Both the position numbers and the translations under genes were made by a program. The notes beneath the pieces are model-generated. The model was given only the letters and a program-made list of their open reading frames with translations, made no database searches and was not told the origin of the DNA. Shown here in pieces: positions 1 through 11,500 of a DNA stretch of 64,000 bases (position 1 is the first letter of the stretch; every line of letters starts with the position of its first letter). The stretch spans positions 50,034,001-50,098,000 of the forward strand of contig NC_082710.1 in NCBI RefSeq assembly GCF_030144855.1, read 5' to 3'. The stretch comes from Hypanus sabinus (lineage: Eukaryota).

Positions 1-319
1 GATTATTTCAATCAGAAGAGATTTATTAGAACAAGATAAACATAAAAGTAAGTACATTAGAAATACTTCACCGCTTCCAAATGTCTTTCTCCTCTTTATA
101 GTGTGGATTTGTGCTTTAGTACAGATTCACAGGGAATGGTTGTGCCTATGCCAAGTGGTACTTCTCTAAGTGTAGGCCTGGATAGCAAGTATAAATAGAT
201 TACTCAACAGGGGGACAATTGTAGGTTTATTGATGAGGTACAGAATATTTTAATTTTATGCTTAGCTTCCCTATCAACCAAAAAGCACAAAAATCTGCTT
301 AAAAAAAAGATGCTAAAAA

Positions 320-600
320 AGATGCTGAGGATCTGAAATAAAAACAAAAAAGTGCTGGAAATACAAGAAAGGTTATCACCCTTTCCCTTTCACTTTCTTA
401 TTCCCAATGGACGCTGCCTGATCTTCTGAACATTTCCATCATTTCAACACACACAAAATGCTGGAGGAACTCAGCAGGCCAGGCAGCGCCTATGGAAACA
501 AAGTAGAAGACAACATTTTGGGTCGAGACCCTGCTGAGTTGCTTCAGCATTTTGTGTGGTTTGTTTGAATTTCAAGCATCTGCAGATTTTCCCTCATTTG
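320..600. mobile_element. Penelope-like element terminal (pLTR) fragments forming fold-back structures; older copy 320-445 and younger copy 445-600
   Basis: CACACAAAATGCTGGAGGAACTCAGCAGG is followed by its near-complement CCTGCTGAGTTGCTTCAGCATTTTGTGTG. The same terminus flanks the GIY-YIG fragment at 6495-7090. Confidence 0.75.
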
Positions 601-984
601 TGATTTCCATTATTGCTTGCTCTTAATTCCTTGATTAATCTGTAATGCTATAAAAAGGTGCTCAGATGAAGTCAAGCCTTTTGCAGCATTTTGTTTTGCT
701 TGACCTGGGATTGGTATAAAGGACTGGCTAATATAAACTACCATTAATACTTTTAAACTTCTTGGTTTATATACATCATAAACAATAAATGAATTATCTG
801 CTGATTTGATAAAGCAAGCTAGCGTTTTCTGCTACTGCAAAACAATTGTTCAGTGGATACTTGAGGCAGTGCATCACAAGTTTTCCCTCTCAAATGGAAA
901 AAGAAATCTGCTGCTCAACTCAAAACTCAGGCATTATTCCACTCACAAATCAACTAAAATGTTCCTGTAGCTGGGTCGAATCAA

Positions 985-1095
985 GACCATAAGACATCGG
1001 AGCAGAATGAGAACATTCAGCAAATATATACTACTTAACCATTCAATCATGGATGATTTATTATACCTCTCAACCCTATTGCCCTGCCTTGACTT
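985..1095 (-). mobile_element. CR1 LINE 3' end fragment
   Basis: ACCATAAGACAT...CCTCTCAACCCTATT is the reverse complement of the CR1 3'UTR seen at about 47600-47705. Confidence 0.6.
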
Positions 1096-1865
1096 TATTT
1101 GAAGTTTGCACAGATCTGGCATGTCATGTAAAACTCTAATTTCTATAGATCATAGTGTACAGTATCATGACTGGCTGCATCATGGTCTGGTACGGAAGCA
1201 TCAGTGCAGAGTAATGAAAAACAACATACATAAAAGGGTAGGTACAACCCAGTTCATTGAAGGTAAAGCTCATCTACAAAAGCACTGTCATAAGGAAGCA
1301 GCATTCATCATCAAAGACACCCTCCCCACCACCATCCAGGCCATGCTCTCTTCTTGCTTCTATTATTAGGAAGGAGTTATAGGAGACTTAAGTCCGAAAC
1401 CACCATGTTCAGGAACAATTATTACCCTTCAACCATCAGGCTCCTGAGCCAGCATGGACATCTTCACCCACCACAACATTAACCTGGTCACTGAACAAAA
1501 CCTATGGACTCGCTTTCAAGAACTCTACAACTCACATTCTCAGTACTATTTATTATTATTGCTTCTTTTTATATTTTTTATATTTTGTCCCGCTTGGTGG
1601 CACAATATTATCAGCACCGGACTCCGGAACGAAGGTTCCCAAGTTTGAATCCAAACTCGGATTGAGCATCGAGCCAGCAAGTCAGCCTCGTAAAAACAAG
1701 AATAGCTTGCTACGGAAACACCGTCCTGACGGTGCCCCAATAACTCCACTGCCAAGTTAAGGGCTATTCTTCTTCTTCTTCTTCATTTTTATATTTTCAC
1801 AATTTGTCAGTTTTTGTGTGTAGCTTTCCATTCCTTTGTATTTTCTTCTACTACAAATGTCTGCA
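1095..1865 (+). mobile_element. Rex1/Babar-type LINE 3' fragment, interrupted by a SINE
   Basis: Degenerate KTLxNFYR...TGCIxxWYG and SIIKDPxHPGHALFSLL motifs. Homologous to 4000-4980. Confidence 0.75.
1587..1785 (+). mobile_element. tRNA-derived SINE with (TTC)n tail and 12-bp TSD
   Basis: A-box-like TGGTGGCACAAT, B-box-like GTTTGAATCC and a (TTC)n tail. TTTTTATATTTT is duplicated at 1575-1586 and 1786-1797. Confidence 0.75.
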
Positions 1866-2680
1866 AAGTACTTATTGGGTTCTTCTGCCATAGCTTTATC
1901 GCCATTATTACTTCAGCAACATTTTCTGAAGGCCCAATACCAATGTTTGCTTTTCTTTTATTCTTTATTTATTTGAAGAAAAACCTTTGGTATTCCCTTT
2001 TATATCATTGGTTAGCTTACCCTTCCATTTATCTTTCGCTCCTTGTTACTTTTTTAGTTGCCTTCTCTTGGCTTCTAAAAGCTTTCCAATCATCTAATGT
2101 CTCACTAATTTTGCTATATTGTATGCTCTTTCTTTTGCTTTTATGCTGACTTTGACTTCCCTTGTCAGCCATGGTTGCTTCATCCTCCCTTTAGAATGCT
2201 TCTTCTTCTTTGGGATGAACTGACCCTGCACTTTCTAAATTACTCCCAAGCACTCCAGCCATTTCTGCTCTGCAGTCATCCCTTTGGCCAGCTCTTCCCT
2301 CATGCCTCTGTGGTTCCTTTTACTCCACTGTTATACCTATCCATCTAATTTTAGCTTCTCCCTCTCAAACTACAGGATGAATTCTATTATATTATGATCA
2401 CTACCTCCTAGGGGTTCCTTTACCTTAAGCTCTAATTAAATCCAATTCATTATACATTACCCAATCCAGAAATGTCCTTTCCCTAGTGGGCTGAACCAGA
2501 AGTTGCTCTAAAAAGCCATCGAGTAGGCATTCTGCAAATTCCTCTCTTGGGATCCAACAGCACCCTGATTTACCCATCTACCTGCATATTTAAATCCTCC
2601 ATGATCATTGTAACATTGTCATTTCTATTTGCCTTGGCTATTCTCTTGTTGCAATTTGTATCATTTGGAAGCCAGTATAT
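1866..2680 (-). mobile_element. CR1 LINE ORF2 fragment (endonuclease/linker region), decayed
   Basis: The reverse strand gives degenerate CR1 motifs (GDLN...W, EPTREx(D/A)ILDWV, LGSSDHNIIEF). Confidence 0.7.
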
Positions 2681-2939
2681 AATCAATACATAAAAATAGT
2701 TGTTAAAATTAACATTATTAACACTAATCAGAACCTGTTTCAACAGCTTTTCAAAATTTTATACTCTGTATGAGATGGTTGAGAGGAGCAGAGATGTGAT
2801 AATAAATGGTTCCATTAATATTTCATTCAATTTGCAATTCATGGGGTATCAACAGAATGCAAACACATAATACTGATTATTTGTCTTCCTCGTCCTGAGG
2901 TGCCACTGAATAACCAGTGACTTTTTTGTTAAGGTTTCC

Positions 2940-3835
2940 AAATCTGTCCAGATTTGGCTAAAGTCCCATTAGACAGGGAAATAGCAAATGGTACTCCATA
3001 TAGGAAAAGCTTAACATCTATTCTCAGAGAACATTAGAAGCTATAATTAAGAATTTTACTTAATCACTGGAAAAATTCAAGGTAATGAAACAAAGTCAAT
3101 ACGGATGAGTGAAAAATAACTCATATTTCACTAATTTATTGGAGTTCTCTGAAGCATTAATGTGTGCACAATTGGGTACTAGTGATGCACTAAGATTGCC
3201 AGGAAGCATTTATTAAAAATGCCACATCAAAGATTCCTGTGAAAAATATAAGGTATAAGAGGGAATATATTAGTAAGAAGGAATATATATTGCACCAAAC
3301 TACTGCTACTAAGTTAACAAATTTCACATCATATGCTGGTGATAATAAACCTAATTCTGATTCTGATATGAAAGAAACTGGTCAACTAACATAAAAATTA
3401 AGTAGATATAAATTGGTTTTTCTCTTGATGGCAATGTGGAATGAGAAGTATACCACAAGGATCAGTGCTGGGGTCTTAACTTTTTACAATTTAAATAAAT
3501 AATTTGTGGGAAGGCACTGAAGGTTCACAAGTTAGTTTATGACATACAGAAAGGTAGATATGAAGAAAGCCCAATGAAGGTAGAAAGCGATATAGCTAAG
3601 TAACTGCAAAAGATCCGGTAAACAGACTGTACAGTTGAAAAATGTGAAATTTTTAATACATGCATAAATTTAAAAAGATCAACATTACTTAAATGATAAG
3701 AGATTACTTTAGAGCTCAGATGCAGAAGGATCTGGATGACCTAGAGCAATACTTACAAAAGCAAGAACAGGGATATCGCAAATACCTAAGAAAGCCTAAA
3801 AAAATGTAACCGGTTTGAATATTTTTAGCAAAGAC
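2940..3835 (+). mobile_element. Old CR1 LINE RT fragment, with a Rex1-type 3' tail inserted at about 3290-3367
   Basis: Degenerate TNLLEFSE and PQGSVLG motifs. The inserted AACAAATTTCAC...AAACCTAATTCTGATTCTGA is a Rex-type tail. Confidence 0.65.
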
Positions 3836-3999
3836 AGGTGGATATGTAAACACCAAGCAGGTGAAAAGTTACAGTAAGTAAATGGGACTGTGGACCTGAA
3901 CCTACCATCACAAGAGCCATATGGAAATGATTTCACCAGTAACAGTGAAATACAGTTAACTAAGTCTTTAACTCTTTTGGATGTTTTTATTCCCAAATA

Positions 4000-4980
4000 A
4001 ATATAAGAATTTCACATAATCAGCATATAGGAGGGAGATTGAAAATCTGGCTGATTGGTGCCACAACAATAACTTTTCAAACAATGTCAGCAACAGCAAG
4101 ACCAAGGAGATGATTATAGACTTCAGGAGAAGGTAACCCAGAAGTCCATAAGCCAATCCTCTTCAAGGGATCAGAGGTGGAGAGGGTCAATAGATTTAAA
4201 TTCTCAGTGTTATCATTTCAGAGGATCTGTCCTGGATCCAGTACACAAGTGCCATTATGAAGAAAGTGCTGTGGTGCCTCTACTTTCTCAGAAGTTTGCA
4301 AAGATTCAGCATGTCTCTAAAAACTCTGACAAACTTCTATAGATATGTAGTAGCGAGTACATTGACTGGTTGCATCACAGCCCAGTATGGCAACACCAAC
4401 ACCCTTGTCTGGAAAAGTAATGACACAGCCCAGTCTATCACAGCCAAAGCTCTCCCCACTATTGAACACGTACATGGAGTGGTGTCGCAGAAAAGCAGCA
4501 TCCATCAAGGATTCCCATCATTCAAGCCATGCTCTCTTCTTGCTGCTGCCATCAGGAAGAAGCTGCAAGAGCTTCAGTACCTGCACCACCAGGTTCTGGA
4601 ACAGTGAACACCTTCAGCAATCAGGTTTTTGAACCAGAGGGGAAAACTTCACTCGCACTATCACTGAACTGTTCCCACAATCTAGGGACTTACTTTCAAG
4701 AACAATTCTCACGTTCTTGATATTTATTACTTGCTTGTGTATTTATTTAATAGTTTTGTGTTTATATATTACTATTTTTTCTCTCTTTCTTTTTGTATTT
4801 GCAGAGATTGTTTTTCTTTTAGCACTTTGGTTATTGCAATCCTGTTGGGTGCAGTCATTTGTTGATTCTATTGTGATTCTTGTATTTACTGAGTATGCCA
4901 GCAAGAAAAGGAACCTCAGGGTTCTGCATGGTGACATATACCTGTAGGTACTTCAATGATAGATTTACTTAGAACTTTTT
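4000..4980 (+). mobile_element. Rex1/Babar-type LINE 3' portion
   Basis: ORF 4257-4607 (LYFLRSLQRFSMSLKTLTNFYR...LTGCITAQYG) is the DUF1891-like C-terminal region. Upstream are LADWCHNNN and KTKEMIIDFRR. Confidence 0.85.
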
Positions 4981-5875
4981 AAATGTGTTTATTTGCATCC
5001 TAGCAGCAAAGCTGAAGGGGGCATTATGTTAATCCAACAGCATTCACTGAAATAATAGATGAAATGGCAAGCAGATACCCTTTCAAATTGTTTTTTTTTG
5101 CTGTTCCATTGCACAGAGGGGGCAGGGAGACTATGGCTTAGAATAGAAATGAACAGACGCCGGCTGCAGGAGAGCTAGCCAGAATTACACAATATGCAGA
5201 ACATCAAGACCAGGGCACTTCATGCATATTAATAAGTTAGAAACATTTCAGTCAACTCTAAACATATTGTATGACTAACATATAAAGGTGGCTTGCCATT
5301 CCCTGAGGCTTGAGAGTAGCATGGATCATAACTTCATATCCTTCTGACTTTATATTGGAGAACAGATTAATCAGATCGCAGCAGCATGGTTCATAATCGT
5401 AAATGCATTATTGCTTTAGGTTCAATAAAAAAAATGATGGTCTCAATACCACTGGATGAAAAATAGCTTGTGGCAGTGCCAATGATACTCCAGGGTGCTG
5501 TTTTAATCATCAATACATCTTTATTGTACACAGATGTGCATTAGATGGCATTTGCTGTTGTATACACTTGCACTTATGAAGCATGAAGAATTTAAATATT
5601 TCTTAAAAGTATTTATTTTTGCTGAGGAATTGATGACTGCCAGAAAAAGTAATGCAACTGGATTTTTTGAATCTTTAAGTCTAATTTCCTATGTAGCTTC
5701 AGTTACCTCCCTGCAAAAACTAAGTTATGTGTTTGTGCAAACCTGGATTGTAAAATGAATTCATCTATTCATGCCTCGCTCCACTCCAGAGTCAGATACA
5801 GAAATTTTGGTAAACATCACACCAACTGTACTGCCTAAGTCCCTTAAGAAAATCCAGCAATGGGCTTGCTCCCAA

Positions 5876-5970
5876 CTAGATGAAGAGGTGGTACAGTCTT
5901 CTTGGATATGGACGTGCAGGGAAGCTCATATGGACTAACAGCTTGCCTTTCAAAGCTGGACTATATCTGC
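5876..5970 (-). CDS. Candidate terminal coding exon (phase 1) xRYSPALKGKLLVHMSFPARPYPRRLYHLFI*, gene unknown
   Basis: Acceptor TGCTTTTTCTCTCAAG, 30 open codons to TAG, non-repetitive context, and minus-strand AATAAA at 5520-5525. No homology recognised. Confidence 0.25.
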
Positions 5971-6494
5971 CTTGAGAGAAAAAGCAGTGCAATAAAGTGC
6001 AAACAGTTTGATCTATGCTACCTCTGTTATAACAAGATCCATAAATTATTGAAATATTTTTGCACAAATCAATTCAGATTATTGTGCATTCAAACACTTA
6101 AAATTTTACAAAATGAAGTCGCACTAGAATGACAATTAACAGCCTTAAGGGTGAGTCTGCATTATGAAGCTAAAATGGAAACTGGCTGTTCATTTGGCTG
6201 CCTGATTGCACAACACCTAACTGAAAAAAAGTGGCTTCTTATACTTGATAAATGAGTTGTCCTATTCTAGTAGCTGCACTTTAAAGATCAACTGATAAAA
6301 ACTTTCAGAAATGTAAGAATAATTGGTTTAGACTTGATAGATATTCAATAGACCACATGCTGAGAACACATTTGATTTCTGGTTGAACTTAATGGACTAC
6401 TGTATTTTCCCTAATTCAAAGAGACGGAGATCCTGCCCTTGCAAATTTGCTTGCATTTTGCTACCAATGTCTCCTAAATCAGCAAAGATACCCT

Positions 6495-7090
6495 GCACAA
6501 ACAAGAGAAAATCTGCAGATGCTGGAAATCCAAACAACACACAGAAAATGCTGGACACAAAATGCTGAGGGAACTCACCATTCAACATTTCGGGCCAGAA
6601 GCGGAGAAAAAAAGATAAGAAAATTTAGAAGGTGGGGGGGGGGGGCACGGGAGGTTAGAGAGAAATACAAGTGAAAATGGGAGGAGGAGGGATGAAGTAA
6701 AGAGCTGAGAAGTTGGTTGCTGAAAGAGATACAAGGTTGGAGAAAGGGAAATCTAATAGAAGTCAGAAGGTAATGGAAAAAAGGAAGAGCACTGGAGGGA
6801 GGCGATGGGCAGGCAGGGAGAAAAAATGACAGAGTGGGAACGAGATGAGGAATGGTGAAGAGGGGGTGCGGGACATTTGCATTATCGGAAGTTCGAGAAA
6901 TCAATGTTCATGCCATCAGGTTGGAGGCTACCCAGATGGAATATGAGGCGTTGTTCCTCCAACCTGAGTGTGACCTCAACACAGCAGTAGAGGAGGCCAT
7001 GGATTGACATAGCGGACTGAGAATGGAAAGTGGAATTAAAATTGCTGGCCGCTGGGAGATCCTGATTTTTCTGGCGGATGGAGCTTGTAA
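6495..7090 (-). mobile_element. Penelope-like element 3' end (GIY-YIG C-terminus plus pLTR)
   Basis: Minus frame at about 7010-6882 reads MSIHGLLYCCVEVTLRLEEQRLIFHLGSLQPDGMNIDFSNFR*. It is followed by a pyrimidine-rich tract and the pLTR terminus. Confidence 0.85.
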
Positions 7091-7809
7091 TGTTGGTGGT
7101 TTATACCGGCCTTGTACTCTAGTTACCCAGAGATAAGAACTAAAATTTTTAAAAATTAAGAGGCAATTTATCACACTTTATTAGTGACCCTGGACTGCAT
7201 GTAAGCAAGAGATCCAACATTTAACTGTGGCCTAGAATTCACTGCCCCCACCCCCCCCATTCATCAGGAAATTGTGCATGTTATCAGGGTGAATAGATGA
7301 AGGTTCCTAATCCATAGAGGATGGAATGACAGAAGCTCTTCCCTCATTACCTACTGGTCAAAACCTGATGAAGTTCTCATATGAGGTAATTTCAGTTAAA
7401 TGCTGATAGGCATTTGAGACTGGAGTTCATGAAAACAGGCAGCTAGTCACAAAGTATCTGTACTCACACAGATTAGTGCTTTCTTTCCCCCTTCTCAATC
7501 AAACTGAATGGCAGAGCTCAAATGTTCAAAGTTTCCTTTATTACATTAATTAAATATTTCAAATGTTTTATAAAAGAAAATTGTTCTTTTGCATAGCATT
7601 GAATGCTATTTGACCGTTTTGTAACTGTACTTGTAATTAGGCGCTAACACAAGAACATTAAAATTAGGCGTGCAAGAGAGTAGAAAAAATTCTCTGGGTC
7701 ACTAGAAAACTGTTGGCAAGTTGCCTGTCATTTTCAGATACATTCTGGCCTACAGAGGAAGTGCAAAAAAAAATGTGCCTGTGTGTCATACTCAAGGCTA
7801 TGTAACATC

Positions 7810-8165
7810 TTTGGCTCAAGTAGTATTCATCGCTGAACCAACAGGTGGTGGATTTAAGTTCCATTTCAGAAACTTGAGCCGATAATGCAAATTATCATTG
7901 CAAAGGAACACTGAATGAGTGCTGCCCTGTCAGGAGCAGCACTGAGGGACAACTGCATCATCATCTTTCCAACTGTTTCTCCTGTCAGACTGGACATACA
8001 TAAAGGATTCTATTATGCTTTTTGGGGAGATATATTTTCCTGGGATCTAAACCAATAATGCAAAAGCATATCATTCAGCATCTTAGCTCATTTTCCTTTT
8101 TGTTATCCTGTGTGCATATTAACTGTCATATTTGCCAAAACAACAGCATTTACACTTTATAAAGT
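7810..8165 (+). mobile_element. Ancient DeuSINE (SacSINE1-like) relic; tail resumes at about 8840-8890 after a CR1 insertion
   Basis: TGGCTCAAGTAG head, ACTTGAGC...ACTGAATGAGTGCTGCCCTGTCAG, and TGTGTGCATATTAACTG...ACAACAG resemble the Deu-domain consensus as recalled. Confidence 0.55.
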
Positions 8166-8172
8166 TGTAATC

Positions 8173-8838
8173 TGTCCACAGATCCCTGAAAGTTGCCTCA
8201 CAGGCAGATAGGGTAGTTAAGAAAGCTTATGGGGTGTTAACTTTCATAAGTCGAGGGATAGAGTTTAAGAGTCGCGATGTAATGATGCAGCTCTATAGAA
8301 CTCTAGTTAGGCCACACTTGGAGTACTGTGTCCAGTTCTGGTCACCTCACTATAGAAAGGATGTGGAAGCATTGGAAAGGGTACGGAGGAGATTTACCAG
8401 GATGCTGCCTGGTTTAGAGAGTATGCATTATGATCAGAGATTAAGGGAGCTAGGGCTTTACTCTTTGGAGAGGAGGAGGATGAGAGGAGACATAATAGAG
8501 GTGTACAAGATATTAAGAGGAATAGACAGAGTGGACAGCAAATGCCTCTTCCCCAGGGCACCACTGCTCAGTACAAGAGGACATGGCTTTAAGGTAAGGG
8601 GAGGGAAGTTCAAGGGGGATGTTACAGGAAGGTTTTTCACTCAGAGGGTGGTTGGTGTGTGGAGTGCACTGCCTGAGTCAGTGGTGGAGGCAGATACACT
8701 AGTGAAGTTTAAAGAGACTACTAGGCAGGTATAAGGAGGAATTTAAGGTGGGGGGTTATATGGGAGGCAGGGTTTGAGGGTCAGCACAACATTATGGGCC
8801 GAAGGGCCTGCAATGTGTTGTACTATTCTATGTTCTAT
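8173..8838 (+). mobile_element. Young 5'-truncated CR1 LINE (ORF2 C-terminus and 3'UTR)
   Basis: ORF 8234-8734 (LYRTLVRPHLEYCVQFWSPHYRKD...FFTQRVV) is a CR1 ORF2 C-terminus, ending in a (TTCTATG)n tail. Confidence 0.95.
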
Positions 8839-9102
8839 AAAAGGAAGCATAGCCCTATAGAAAATTGCCGTAAAAATACAAGCAATTCCTCCATTGAAGT
8901 AACATGCCATTTTACATTGTAAAATTTAATATAAAAGAACTTACAGTTTTAAATACTGGTTGGTGTGTGACCTTACTTACTTACACAGAAATTATTTGGA
9001 TTTTGAAAAATATATTGAATTAGCTTGGGATCGCCATAATTTTCAACTCTGAATTTATGTGCTGCCAGTAAGCAATCTTTGTCTTGCACATGTTCAACAC
9101 CC

Positions 9103-10431
9103 GTGGTTCGAAAGCTGTTGGAAAAGATTCTTAGAGATGGGATCTATGGGCATTTAGATCCCATGGTCTGATCAGGGACAGTCAGCATGGCTTTGTGAAG
9201 GGCAGATCATGTCTAACAAGTCTGATAGAGCTCTTTGAGGAGGTGACCAGGCATATAGATGAGGGTAGTGCAGTGGATGTGATCTACATGGATTTTAGTA
9301 AGGTATTTGATAAGGTTCCACAGGGTAGGGTTATTCAGAAAGTCAGAAGGCATGAGATCCAGGGAAGTTTGTCCAGGTGGATTCAGAATTGGCTTGCCTG
9401 CAGAAAGCAGAGTGTCATGGTGGAGGGAGTACATTCTGATTGGAGGGTTTTGACTAGTGGTGTCCCACAAGGATTGGTTCTAGGACCTCTACTTTTCATG
9501 ATTTCTATTAACGACCTGGTTATATGGGGGTAGAAGGGTGGGTTGGCAAGTTTGCACGTGACACAAAGGTTGGTGGTGTTGTGGATAGTGTAGAGGATTG
9601 TCGAAGATTGCAGAGAAACATTGATAGGATGCAGAAGTGGGCTGAGAAGGGCCAGATGGAGTTCAACCCGGAGAAGTGTGAGGTGGTACACTTTGGAAGG
9701 ACAAACTCCAAGGCAGAGTACAAAGTAAATGGCAAGATACTTGGTAGTGTGGAGGAGCAGAGGGATCTGGGGGTACATGTCCAGAGATCCCTGAAAGTTG
9801 CCTCACAGATAGATAGGGTAGTTAAGAAAGCTTATGGGGTGTTAGCTTTCAGAAGTCGAGGGATAGAGTTTAAGAGTCGTGAGGTAATGATGCAGCTCTA
9901 TAAAACTCTGGTTAGGCCATACTTGGAGTACTATATCCAGTTCTGGTCGCCTCACTATAGGAAGGATGTGGACGCATTGGAAAGGGTACAGAGGAGATTT
10001 ACCAGGATGCTGCCTGGTTTAGAGAGTATGCATTATGATCAGAGATTAAGGGAACTAGGGCTTTACTCTTTGGAGAGAAGGAGGGTGAGAGGAGACATGA
10101 TAGAGATATACAAGATATTAAGAGGAATAGATAGAGTGGACAGCCAATGCCTCTTCCCGAGGGCACCACTGCTCAATACAAGAGGACATGGCTTTAAGGT
10201 AAAAGCTGGAAAGTTCAAGGGGGATATTAGAGGAAGGTTTTTTACTCAGATAGTGGTTGGTGCGTGGAATGCACTGCCTGAGTCAGTGGTGGAGGCAGAT
10301 ACACTAGTGAAATCTAAGAGACTACCAGACAGGCATATGGAGAAATTTAAGGTAGGAGGTTATATGGGAGGCAAGGTTTAAGGGCCATTGTGGGACAAAG
10401 GGCCTGTAATGTGTTGTACTATTCTATGTTT
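9103..10431 (+). mobile_element. Young 5'-truncated CR1 LINE with disrupted reverse transcriptase
   Basis: ORF 9195-9533 ([29 protein letters not shown]) and ORF 9524-10381 are joined by a frameshift near 9520. The catalytic FADD is mutated to FARD. Same subfamily as 8173-8838. Confidence 0.95.
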
Positions 10432-11200
10432 ATAAGCACTTAATAGTAAAAATTATTATATACCATTAACTTATTGAAAATATAACGTGTGCAGAGTAAC
10501 AAAAGCAGCTCAGGGGAATACCTGAGCCAACCACTGAACAACAACAAACAACGGCAGGCTTTCAGTCTCCACCTACGATACTGTGTTTTGACTAAAAGGT
10601 TACAGTACACTATATTTGTATTTACTTTTTTTTTTAAGGTTTATGTAAGGTATAAAAAAAACAAAAAGCACTGTGGACTTGTTCTGGTGTTAGATTTTCA
10701 TCAGCCACGCTTTAAAAATTTTATGCCGCTATGTAAGGTATAAAAACAATCAGCATCGTAGACTTGTTCTGGTGCTAGAATTTTGTGATTAGCAGACACT
10801 TTAAATATTTAATGCTGTGCCTTTTCTTAAATTTTCACAAACAGCCTGCAGAACATTCACTGTTACCTTTAATTTTCAGTTTGTCATGATAGATCTTTGC
10901 TTGTTTAATGATCAACATACCGTTAAGTGGCATATGTTCACTCCAACAAAGACAATACACGATTAAGACCTTCATTTTTCACATTATTCAGTGTTTTCCA
11001 TTTTTCATTCATTTCTGTTCATTACATTTGTGAGGTCACTTCTCAGAACTCTGTGATGCACAGAGATCTGCACATCGCCTGGGAACTTTGTCAGTGTCTT
11101 GTGAGATCATATTTGTGGTATCATGTCAGCACTCGGCAAAAAAAATTCAGATTTCAGGTTTTCGGATTTTGGAATTTCAAATAAGGAATACAATTGGTAC
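10432..11200 (+). mobile_element. pogo/Tigger-like DNA transposon remnant (one end), containing an imperfect ~90-bp direct repeat at about 10641-10820
   Basis: The terminus TTTCAGGTTTTCGGATTTTGGAATTTCAAATAAGG resembles Tigger4/MER46-type ends. TATGTAAGGTATAAAAA...GACTTGTTCTGGTG is repeated twice. Confidence 0.55.
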
Positions 11201-11401
11201 ACAGATTTATAATACTGTAGTAGTTTTGAGAGTGTTCTAATTTATTCTGTATTCATTTAAATACATAATTTATTACTTAGTTTGTCTTTTGTTTTAAATA
11301 TCTTTTTAACTATTCCATGAAGCATTGGCTAATTGGGGCAGCTGCTTAATTGGGCCAGAATGTGCTGGTTTCAATGTGACCCAATAAACCAGAGTCCACT
11401 A
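11200..11401 (-). mobile_element. pogo/Tigger-type MITE terminal fragment
   Basis: TIR-like end AATAAACCAGAGTCCACTATA. The interior is the reverse complement of about 17650-17740. Confidence 0.65.
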
Positions 11402-11500
11402 TATTTGTTTTAAATGTTTGAAGTTTTCTACAAGAAGAAAAAAATAACAACAATTGATGTGGTGCAATAAAATCAAGAATTCCTTCAGGCTTGTGCTACA

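Noticed and set aside
1-200. Plus-strand donor (AA|GTAAGT at 48) and acceptor at about 100 as an intron
   Set aside because: The implied intron is only about 53 nt and the joined frame closes quickly. The donor alone cannot be evaluated at the window edge.
4257-4607. ALKBH8-like gene (DUF1891 similarity)
   Set aside because: This motif is the C-terminal region of Rex1/Babar-type LINE ORF2 and occurs in several decayed copies in the window.
9195-10381. Longest ORFs (112 and 285 aa) as a functional reverse-transcriptase gene or retron-like system
   Set aside because: This is a 5'-truncated CR1 with a frameshift and FADD mutated to FARD. It lacks the endonuclease and ORF1, so it is a dead copy.
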